From assembly GCA_004297205.1 (NCBI GenBank), contig SCUL01000001.1, positions 29,862 through 93,861 of the forward strand: a stretch of 64,000 nucleotides of DNA, given 5' to 3'. The stretch is from Patescibacteria group bacterium (GTDB taxonomy: Bacteria > Patescibacteriota > Patescibacteriia > 2-12-FULL-57-11). Below the pieces are notes generated by a model. The model was not told the origin of the DNA, did not search any database, and saw only the letters and a program-made list of their open reading frames with translations. Made by a program: the position numbers and the translations under genes. Positions 57,243-64,000 of this stretch are shown piece after piece; position 1 is the stretch's first letter; every line of letters starts with the position of its first letter.

Positions 57243-58355
57243 TCAACCCCGCAACCGCTGGTATAGGGCGTCGGTTTTTGCGGCAATGGCGTCCCAGTCG
57301 AAATGGGCGCGGATGAAGGCTTTTCCGCACTGCCCCATCTCCCGCAGCCGCGGCTCGTCGGGCAGGAGTTCCTTGAGACGGACCCGCAGGTCCAAGGCAT
57401 CGCCCGAACGGAAGAAGTACCCGCAGCCGTCCACGGCTTCCTTGTTTTCCGGAATGTCGGAGACGAGTACCGGGAGTCCGTAGCTCATGGCTTCGAGCGT
57501 CGAAATCGACAGCCCTTCCGACTCCGACGGGCTGACGTAGACGTGGGCATGCGCAAACAGCGCCTGCAACGTGCGACCGCCTTGGTAGCCCAAGAACAAA
57601 ATGTCCGGGTTGCCATGTGCCATGCCGAGCAGGAACGATTGGTATTCCTTCGTGAACGACGGCGCGCCGACGATGACCAGCTTCTTGTCCGTGGTCAGGC
57701 CCTGATAGGCCTCGATCAGCGTGTGGATCCCCTTGTGCCGCACCAAACGCGCCACAACAAGCAGGTAGCCGCCGCTCTTCAGACCGAACTCGGCGAGCGC
57801 TTCGGGACCCGGCGCCGGCAGAAGCGACACGCCGTTCGGGATGTACACGGCCTTCTTCTTGAAGCGGGCTTCGATGATACCCTGGAGCGCCTGGGAGACG
57901 GCGATGGTGGCATGCGCCCAGCGCACTGCGGTCCATTCACCGAAGGTCAGATACCCGCGCGCCAAGATCCCCCACTTCCTGTGATAGCGGTCCTGGCTGT
58001 GGAAGGTCACGACGACCGTGGCGTGCCGCGCGAACAGCCGCGGAATCCAAGCCAGCGTGGACGGACCGACGCCGTGGTAGTGGATGATGTCGGCGTTGCG
58101 GCGGCAGACGTCGAGCGACGAAAAAAAGGCGTGGGTGATGGTGTCGAAGTTCTTGGTGTGCCAGCTCCAAGCCCGTATGAGGGTGATCCCGCGCCAGCTC
58201 GACCGGTTGCTGCCCGGATACCACGGCCGGACATATACCAAAACCTCGTGTCCGCGGGACACCAAGCGCGCCGAGAGTTCTTCCACGTGTTTCTCGATGC
58301 CTCCGCCCTGCTCCCCCATCGGGACCCCCTTTTGTCCGATCATGGCGATACGCAT
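57243..58355 (-). CDS. Glycosyltransferase family 4 (GT-B, group 1)
   Basis: MRIAMIGQKGVPMGEQGGGIEKHV... followed by a C-terminal ...SESEGLSISTLEAMSYGLPVLVSD (the EX7E region). Confidence 0.85.
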   Translation of the reverse strand: MRIAMIGQKGVPMGEQGGGIEKHVEELSARLVSRGHEVLVYVRPWYPGSNRSSWRGITLIRAWSWHTKNFDTITHAFFSSLDVCRRNADIIHYHGVGPSTLAWIPRLFARHATVVVTFHSQDRYHRKWGILARGYLTFGEWTAVRWAHATIAVSQALQGIIEARFKKKAVYIPNGVSLLPAPGPEALAEFGLKSGGYLLVVARLVRHKGIHTLIEAYQGLTTDKKLVIVGAPSFTKEYQSFLLGMAHGNPDILFLGYQGGRTLQALFAHAHVYVSPSESEGLSISTLEAMSYGLPVLVSDIPENKEAVDGCGYFFRSGDALDLRVRLKELLPDEPRLREMGQCGKAFIRAHFDWDAIAAKTDALYQRLRG

Positions 58356-58378
58356 GGCGGGAGTATATCATGGAGGGG

Positions 58379-58407
58379 TTGAAATGCGCGGGAAAATGTG
58401 TTAGTCT
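58379..58407 (+). promoter_or_regulatory. Candidate promoter for tRNA-Lys
   Basis: TTGAAA - 17 nt - TAGTCT, about 85 nt upstream of the tRNA. Confidence 0.35.
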
Positions 58408-58490
58408 CCCGGCAACTCGGTATCGACTTCGTCGATGCCGAGTCGGCGTTCGCTCGGCGCCGAAAGCAAGCTTTCGCGCCTCACTCACTT

Positions 58491-58566
<76 letters not shown>

Positions 58567-58598
58567 AAACGCGCCTCACCCGGTGGGGCGCGTTTCTA
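58567..58598 (+). terminator. Intrinsic terminator after tRNA-Lys
   Basis: AAAACGCGCC-TCACCCGGTGG-GGCGCGTTTCT. Confidence 0.55.
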
Positions 58599-58629
58599 TT
58601 AGATTAGCGAGTTGCCGTCTTCATTGGAC

Positions 58630-58658
58630 TTGACATTTTAATGAAAAAATGATATAAG
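58630..58658 (+). promoter_or_regulatory. Near-consensus sigma70 promoter
   Basis: TTGACA - 17 nt (ttttaatgaaaaaatga) - TATAAG, followed by AGAGG and a GTG at 58675. Confidence 0.55.
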
Positions 58659-58674
58659 CCATTCAGAGGTTACA

Positions 58675-58872
58675 GTGATACCGAAAGACTTCCTGATTGC
58701 GTTGGCAGTCCTGATCGCTGGTCTCGCTCTGGGTTCGGTGTTCGAGCGTATCGCCGGAGTCCACTACTCTGGTTCGGGTACGTGGTTCGTGTACAAGGTC
58801 GTACTCATGAGCAGCGGTACGCTCGCCGGAAGCATCATGGGCAGGACGCTCTGGCGACGTAAGACCAGCTGA
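58675..58872 (+). CDS. Small membrane protein (65 aa, GTG start), hypothetical
   Basis: VIPKDFLIALAVLIAGLALGSVFERIAG... with a second hydrophobic segment. GC lower than the genome average. Driven by the strong promoter above. Confidence 0.4.
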   Translation: MIPKDFLIALAVLIAGLALGSVFERIAGVHYSGSGTWFVYKVVLMSSGTLAGSIMGRTLWRRKTS

Positions 58873-58930
58873 AGATGAGGAGAGGACGCGGATCAACGGG
58901 GTCTTCCTGAACAAGGAGGGCCTCAATTTT

Positions 58931-59965
58931 TTATTTCTTGGCGACCCTCTGTACCACCTTCGAGAGCGGCCCCGGATCGCCGTCGCCCAGCGCGGCGCGC
59001 AGGTTGTCGCCGAGCATCTTGCGCTGGTCGGCGTCATCAAGGAGCCGCCGGACGACGCGCGTCAGCAATTGGACGGTGCAGGCGCGCTCGGCCAGGAGTT
59101 CGGCGGCGTTCCGGCCCACGACGTAGCGAGCGTTTTTCTCTTGCGGCGAGTCCGGCAGCGGCACGAGCAGGGTCGGCTTCTTGAAAACCGCCAGTTCACT
59201 GAGCGTGCCGAATCCGGCGCGGGAGATCACGAGATCGGCGGAGCGGTAGGCGTCGGCCAGTTCTTCCCTCATGAACGGCACCGGACGGTAACGCGCCCGT
59301 TCCGGCGCCGCCTCCTTGCCGCCCGTGACGTGCACAACCTGGCAAAACTTGATGAGCCGGTCGAGCGCCGCATTGATGCGCCGGTTCAAACCAAGCGCGC
59401 CGGTGCCGCCGCCCAAAACGAGCAGCGTGGGTGGCGTTCCCGACACGGCCGGGCGCGCCGCAGCGTCGCGCAGGAATGTTCGGACGGGATTGCCGACGAG
59501 CGTCGGCGCAAAACGCGTGAATCCTGCGGCCGCGCCGTCGCAGGAGGCGGTCACGGCCGCGGCGAGGCGCGCCATCAGCAGGTTGGAGCGCACCGGCTCG
59601 ATGTCCTGCTGGTGCACCACAAGCGGTACGCCGCGCATCTTTCCCGCAGCAGCTACCGGCACGGACACGAATCCTCCGGCAGTGACATGCACGTCGGGTT
59701 TGAACTCACCGATCAGGGAAAGCGCCGCAGCCGTCCCAGCCACGTTCTTGAAGGGGTCCGTGACGTTACGCACGTCGGCGTAGCGGCGGATTTTGCCCGC
59801 CGGCACGGAGGCAAAGCGGATGCCGGCGGCCTCCACAAGCGCGCGTTCCGGCCCGTCGGCCGTGCCGATCCAGAGGAAATCGTTGCCGTCTTTGAGATGT
59901 TCGGCCAGGGCCAGAAGCGGGGTCACCGGCCCCAGCGTCCCGCCGCCGGAAAGGAGGATCTTCAT
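58931..59965 (-). CDS. murG: UDP-GlcNAc:undecaprenyl-PP-MurNAc-pentapeptide GlcNAc transferase
   Basis: True start MKILLSGGGTLGPVTPLLALAEHL matches the MurG N-terminal G-loop. The upstream 80 aa of the ORF are spurious. Confidence 0.9.
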   Translation of the reverse strand: MKILLSGGGTLGPVTPLLALAEHLKDGNDFLWIGTADGPERALVEAAGIRFASVPAGKIRRYADVRNVTDPFKNVAGTAAALSLIGEFKPDVHVTAGGFVSVPVAAAGKMRGVPLVVHQQDIEPVRSNLLMARLAAAVTASCDGAAAGFTRFAPTLVGNPVRTFLRDAAARPAVSGTPPTLLVLGGGTGALGLNRRINAALDRLIKFCQVVHVTGGKEAAPERARYRPVPFMREELADAYRSADLVISRAGFGTLSELAVFKKPTLLVPLPDSPQEKNARYVVGRNAAELLAERACTVQLLTRVVRRLLDDADQRKMLGDNLRAALGDGDPGPLSKVVQRVAKK

Positions 59966-61107
59966 GCGTGTTCCATCTTCCCGTGGCTGGAGATGTTCAG
60001 CAAGATCCCCATGGCGCCCATCAGCACCACGAGCGACGTGCCGCCGTAGGAGACGAACGGCAGGGTGATGCCGGTCAGGGGCAGCACGGAGAGCATCGAG
60101 CCGATGTTCACGAAGGCCTGGACGGCGACCAGCGCCACGATTCCGGAAGCAAGCAACTTCCCGAAGCGGTCCGGCGCGCGGTCGGCGATGGTCAGGCCGC
60201 GCCACAGGAACAGCAGCAGCAGCAGCACGATGAACGCCGCGGAGAGCAGGAACCCGAGTTCTTCCGCCATGACCGCGAAGATCGAATCACCGGCGACTTC
60301 CGGCAGGTAGGAAAACTTCTGGCGCGAACGGCCGAAACCGAGGCCGAACAGCCCGCCGGAGCCGATGGCGAGCAACGCCTGGTTGATGTGGTAGCCGACG
60401 CCCTGCGGATCCAGTTCCGGATGCAGGAAGGTCGTCAGACGCAGGGCGCGGTACGGCGCCACTTTGATGAGCAGCAGGATGAGACCGAACCCGGCCGCCG
60501 AGAGCGCCGCCAAATGCTGGACCGAGGCGCCGCCCAGGAAGTAGACGACGAGCGACACCATGACGATGACCGAAAAGGTGCCAAGGTCCGGCTGCAACAT
60601 GATGAGCGTGCCGATCACGGCCAGCAGGGTCAGAAACGGCACCAGCCCGGCGTGCAGATCGCGGGCGCCGGCATCACCGCGGGCCTCGAGCCAGGCCGCG
60701 AGATAGATCAAGAAGGTGATTTTTACGATTTCGGCCGGCTGGAGGGAGAAGCCGCCGATGCCGATCCAGCTTTTGCTGGTCCCCCAGTCCGCGGAAAGAC
60801 CTGGGATGAAGACGAGGACGAGCAGCACGATGGTCACGAGCAAGATCGGCATGGCCCAGACGCGGTACAACCGGTAGTCGACCTGAGACAACACGAACAT
60901 GACGACAATACCGGGCAGGAAGCCGAACAGCAGCTGGTGGCGGACGAACCAGAACGCGTCGCCGAAGCGCGCAAAGGCAGACGGTCCCGAGGCCGACGAC
61001 AACATGGCAAGCCCGAAGATCGCCAGCCCCAGCACGGCGAGGAGCAGCGGTCGGTCGACGCGCTGCAGGTGCGCGCGCAGCCGTTCCACGACCTTCGGCT
61101 TTTTCAT
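59962..61107 (-). CDS. ftsW: SEDS-family peptidoglycan glycosyltransferase FtsW
   Basis: 10-TM SEDS protein with ...SYGGTSL... near the C-terminus, between murG and lon-adjacent region. Confidence 0.9.
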   Translation of the reverse strand: MKKPKVVERLRAHLQRVDRPLLLAVLGLAIFGLAMLSSASGPSAFARFGDAFWFVRHQLLFGFLPGIVVMFVLSQVDYRLYRVWAMPILLVTIVLLVLVFIPGLSADWGTSKSWIGIGGFSLQPAEIVKITFLIYLAAWLEARGDAGARDLHAGLVPFLTLLAVIGTLIMLQPDLGTFSVIVMVSLVVYFLGGASVQHLAALSAAGFGLILLLIKVAPYRALRLTTFLHPELDPQGVGYHINQALLAIGSGGLFGLGFGRSRQKFSYLPEVAGDSIFAVMAEELGFLLSAAFIVLLLLLFLWRGLTIADRAPDRFGKLLASGIVALVAVQAFVNIGSMLSVLPLTGITLPFVSYGGTSLVVLMGAMGILLNISSHGKMEHA

Positions 61108-61117
61108 AGATGGACGG

Positions 61118-63487
61118 TCAGCTCTTGGCGCGGGGCATCATGGCCGTCTTCATGACGTCGTCCATGGTGCGGGCGTAGACGAAGCGCAGCGCCTTGCGCA
61201 CCTCCTTGGGAATCTCCGCGATGTCGCGTTCGTTTTCCTTTGGCAATATCACGGTATGCATGCCGGCGCGGTGCGCTGCCAGGACCTTCTCTTTGACGCC
61301 GCCGATTTCGAGCACCTTGCCGCGCAGCGTGACCTCCCCTGTCATGGCCACGTCGTGGCGGATGGCGCGCCCGGAAACGAGCGAGGCCAGAGCCAGCGCC
61401 ATGGCCACGCCGGCGGACGGACCATCCTTGGGGATGGCGCCTTGCGGCACGTGCACATGGATATCGGACGTTTTGTGGAACGGGACTTTCACGCCAAGCT
61501 CTTTGGAGCGCGCCCGGGCGTAGGAAAACGCGGCCTGCGCCGACTCCTGCATGATCTTGCCGAGGTTGCCGGTGAGAATGAGCTGGCCGCTGCCCGGCAT
61601 GATGGCCGCTTCGATGCGCAGGATCTCCCCGCCCGCTTCGGTCCATGCCAGGCCGGTGACGACGCCGACCTCATCGCGCTTCTCGCTCCCCGCGGCGTGG
61701 AAGCGTTCCGGACCGAGGTACTTCGCCAAATCGGAAATGCCGACGGCGAAGTGTCCCCGCTTCCCCTCCGCTACCTGGCGCGCGATCTTTCGGCAGACCG
61801 TGGACAGTTCGCGTTCCAGGTTGCGCACGCCCGCTTCCCGCGTCCAGGAACGGATGACGGTGCGCACGGCGTTGTCCGTGAAGGTGAGCTTCTTGCCGGC
61901 AAGGCCGTTCGCCTCGACCGCTTTGGGGATCAGGTACCCCTTGGCGATGTGGAACTTTTCGTCTTCCGTGTAGCCCGGGAACTCGATCACTTCCATGCGG
62001 TCGCGCAACGGCGCCGGGACGGTGTCGAGCAGGTTGGCCGTGGTGATGAACAGCACGTCGGACAAGTCGAACGGCGACTCCAAGTAGTGGTCGGAAAATT
62101 CGTTGTTCTGTTCCGGATCGAGGGCTTCCAAAAGCGCCGCCGAGGGATCGCCGCGGAAGTCGTTCCCGAGCTTGTCGATCTCGTCGAGCATGAAGACCGG
62201 ATTCTTGGTGCCGGCTTCGGCGATGCCCTGGATGATGCGGCCGGGCAACGCGCCGACGTAGGTGCGGCGGAAGCCGCGGATCTCGGCTTCGTCGCGCACG
62301 CCGCCCAGCGAAATGCGGACGAACTTGCGCCCGAGCGACCGGGCGATGGATTTGCCGATCGAGGTTTTGCCGGTACCCGGCGGTCCGGCGAAGCACAAGA
62401 TCGGCCCTCTCACGCGGCCGACCAGCTTCTGCACGGCAAGGTAATCAAGGATGCGTTCCTTCACTTTCTCGAGGCCGTAATGGTCGTCGTCCAGAATCTT
62501 TCCGGCCTTGGCGATGTCGATCTCGGAGGCGGTCTTCTTGTTCCACGGCAAACCCACGAGCCAGTCCAGGTACGTGCGCACGTAGGAAATTTCCGGCGAA
62601 AACGACGGCATGGCCTGGAGCCGTGCCAGTTCCTTGGTCGCCGTGGCCTTGACCTTGTCCGGCATGCCGGCCGCCTCGATCTTGGCGCCGAGCTCGTCGA
62701 ATTCGCTCTTGCCGCCGACCGTGCCGAGTTCCTTTTCAATCGACTTGAGCTGTTCGCGGAGGAACATCTCGCGCTCCATCTTGCCGAGCTCCTTGCCGGT
62801 GTCGTCCTGGATCTTGCGGGAGAGTTTGAGCACCTTGTTCTGGCGGGCCACGGCCAAGCCGGTCTTCTCCAGCTTTTCTTCCGTGGTCTTGGCCTCGAGG
62901 ATGGCCTGCTTCTCGTCGGCCCGGAAATCCATGTTGAGCGCGATGAGGTCGGCAAGCTGCCAGGGATCGGTCAGGTTCATGACCACGAGCATCACATCGA
63001 ACGGCACCGGCGCGCCGAGCGAGACGGCTTCCTTGAACTGGTTCACGACGGAGTACATCTCGGCCTCGACGCGGTCGTTCTTGGCCGACTGCGGCGCGGG
63101 CCAGGCCGCGACGTCGGCTTCGAGGTGCCCGCCGACGGCGACGACCTGGGAGACGCGGACGCGCTCCAGTCCTTCCACGAGCAGGCGCATGGTGTCGTCC
63201 GGCAGCTTCATGGCCTCCCGGACGCGGCAGGCCGTGCCGACGTCATACATATCGTCCGGCTGGGCTTTTTTGTCCGGCCGCGCCTTTTTAACGGTGATGA
63301 AAGCCACGATCTGCCCGGCGGCCTGGGCCGTGGTGACCGCTTCCTGCGCCTGCGGATCCGTCAGGAGCAGCGGCACGGAAATCTTCGGGAACATCACCAG
63401 GTCGGCCAACGCCACCACAGGGACGTGCGGCGGAATGACGGCCGGGGGCGGCGCGGCGGCGATGGGGAGATCACGAGGTTCGGGCAT
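61118..63487 (-). CDS. lon: ATP-dependent Lon protease
   Basis: Lon N-domain, AAA+ GPPGTGKTSIGKSIA and Ser-Lys dyad protease domain (...PKDGPSAGVAMA...). 789 aa. Confidence 0.93.
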   Translation of the reverse strand: MPEPRDLPIAAAPPPAVIPPHVPVVALADLVMFPKISVPLLLTDPQAQEAVTTAQAAGQIVAFITVKKARPDKKAQPDDMYDVGTACRVREAMKLPDDTMRLLVEGLERVRVSQVVAVGGHLEADVAAWPAPQSAKNDRVEAEMYSVVNQFKEAVSLGAPVPFDVMLVVMNLTDPWQLADLIALNMDFRADEKQAILEAKTTEEKLEKTGLAVARQNKVLKLSRKIQDDTGKELGKMEREMFLREQLKSIEKELGTVGGKSEFDELGAKIEAAGMPDKVKATATKELARLQAMPSFSPEISYVRTYLDWLVGLPWNKKTASEIDIAKAGKILDDDHYGLEKVKERILDYLAVQKLVGRVRGPILCFAGPPGTGKTSIGKSIARSLGRKFVRISLGGVRDEAEIRGFRRTYVGALPGRIIQGIAEAGTKNPVFMLDEIDKLGNDFRGDPSAALLEALDPEQNNEFSDHYLESPFDLSDVLFITTANLLDTVPAPLRDRMEVIEFPGYTEDEKFHIAKGYLIPKAVEANGLAGKKLTFTDNAVRTVIRSWTREAGVRNLERELSTVCRKIARQVAEGKRGHFAVGISDLAKYLGPERFHAAGSEKRDEVGVVTGLAWTEAGGEILRIEAAIMPGSGQLILTGNLGKIMQESAQAAFSYARARSKELGVKVPFHKTSDIHVHVPQGAIPKDGPSAGVAMALALASLVSGRAIRHDVAMTGEVTLRGKVLEIGGVKEKVLAAHRAGMHTVILPKENERDIAEIPKEVRKALRFVYARTMDDVMKTAMMPRAKS

Positions 63488-63500
63488 AGAGAACCCCGTG

Positions 63501-63506
63501 ATTATA
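63501..63506 (-). promoter_or_regulatory. TATAAT -10 element 14 nt upstream of lon ATG
   Basis: Minus strand reads ...ctgttctgcTATAATcacggggttctctATG. No convincing -35. Confidence 0.3.
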
Positions 63507-63518
63507 GCAGAACAGGAT

Positions 63519-63549
63519 AAAAAAAGACGACGCCGCGAGGCGCCGTCGG
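63519..63549 (-). terminator. Intrinsic terminator after purE
   Basis: Minus transcript reads GACGGCGCC-UCGC-GGCGUCGUC (9 bp with one G.U) followed by UUUUUUU. Confidence 0.5.
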
Positions 63550-63579
63550 TCGAGCTCAGCTCGACTCGGGACCGTCCGC

Positions 63580-64000
63580 TCAGGCCGGGGGCACGAGCGG
63601 CGCGTTGAGCTGCGCCGGCTTGCTGCCGAAGGTCGTCGGCGGGAACTCGTGCTCCATCGCCGCCCGGCAGGCTGCGAAGAACCCCTGTCCCCCGAAGTAG
63701 GCCCGGCCGTTGCTGTGGAGCACGACCGGCTGACCCGGCAGCTGCTCCATCGACAGCACGGCCGCCTGGTTGGCCGCCTCGTTGCCCGAGCTCTCGCAGG
63801 CGATGCCGATGACCGGGATGTGCGCCTTGCCCAGCTTCACGAGATGGGCCTTGAGCACGCCCGGCAACTGCGCCGCCATGCCCGCCCCGGCGATCACCAC
63901 CGCGTGGTCCGGCAGCTCCCGCGCGATCTGCGCGAGCTCCTCCGGATGCCGGTGGCAGCTGACGATGTGACGCTCGGCGGTGATCTTGCCCGCCGCCTGC
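63580..64000 (-). CDS. purE: N5-carboxyaminoimidazole ribonucleotide mutase PurE, C-terminal part (continues beyond window)
   Basis: ...SCHRHPEEL...VVIAGAGMAAQLPGV...PVIGI...MEQLPGQPVV matches the PurE blocks (SAHRTP / AGGAAHLPG / PVIGVP / QMPGGVPV). Confidence 0.7.
   Translation of the reverse strand, partial: QAAGKITAERHIVSCHRHPEELAQIARELPDHAVVIAGAGMAAQLPGVLKAHLVKLGKAHIPVIGIACESSGNEAANQAAVLSMEQLPGQPVVLHSNGRAYFGGQGFFAACRAAMEHEFPPTTFGSKPAQLNAPLVPPA

Noticed and set aside
56381-57400. Full 339-aa version of the Cys-rich ORF, and similar N-terminal extensions on ligA (to 6664), lepA (to 24238), murJ (to 29192), murG (to 60205), gatA (to 4036), the pilins (to 11364 and 9784) and the GT2 (to 31165)
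   Set aside because: Upstream portions are Arg/Pro/Gly-rich with no RBS. Conserved family N-termini and SD/overlap context place the true starts internally.

Overview
High-GC (about 65-70% by eye) bacterial chromosomal window with tightly packed, frequently overlapping genes (many ATGA stop/start overlaps). Gene content and architecture resemble a streamlined Patescibacteria/CPR-like organism; this taxonomic guess is low confidence. From 5' to 3', the window contains the following. (1) A roughly 21.5 kb run of co-directional minus-strand genes: lgt (partial), ubiB, a Zn-ribbon hypothetical, gatA, gatC, ligA, then a complete type IV pilus locus (PilX-like protein, three pseudopilins, pilD, two tandem pilins, pilC, an orphan CheY-like receiver, pilB, a small Pro-rich protein, pilO, pilN, pilM, and a 673-aa secreted repeat protein), then rnhA and recJ. 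(2) lepA followed by a short plus-strand block bracketed by two identical terminator copies. (3) A cell-envelope cluster with murJ, a CARDB/TSP3/PKD surface protein, a family-2 glycosyltransferase, a Rieske-like protein and a GT-B-like hypothetical. (4) rlmD-like, era and a LOG-family gene. (5) A DoxX-like/thioredoxin pair, a tandem Zn-ribbon gene, an IDR-rich hypothetical and a mutY-like gene. (6) A cellulose-synthase-like GT2 gene. (7) A 1492-aa FN3/SGNH giant surface protein abutting tRNA-Gln, followed by a small low-GC islet (about 40% GC). (8) A GNAT gene, ftsX, ftsE, tRNA-Gly and tRNA-Thr. (9) A division/wall cluster: FtsB-like, bPH, a Mur ligase, murD, GT2, a translin-like gene, GT4, tRNA-Lys, murG, ftsW, lon and purE (partial). 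No rRNA, CRISPR array, transposase or integrase was recognised. The six-frame track allows GTG/TTG starts and many listed ORFs carry spurious N-terminal extensions, so I re-derived starts from conserved N-termini and RBS context. CDS ends follow the ORF track. Coordinates of small motifs are approximate to within a few nt.
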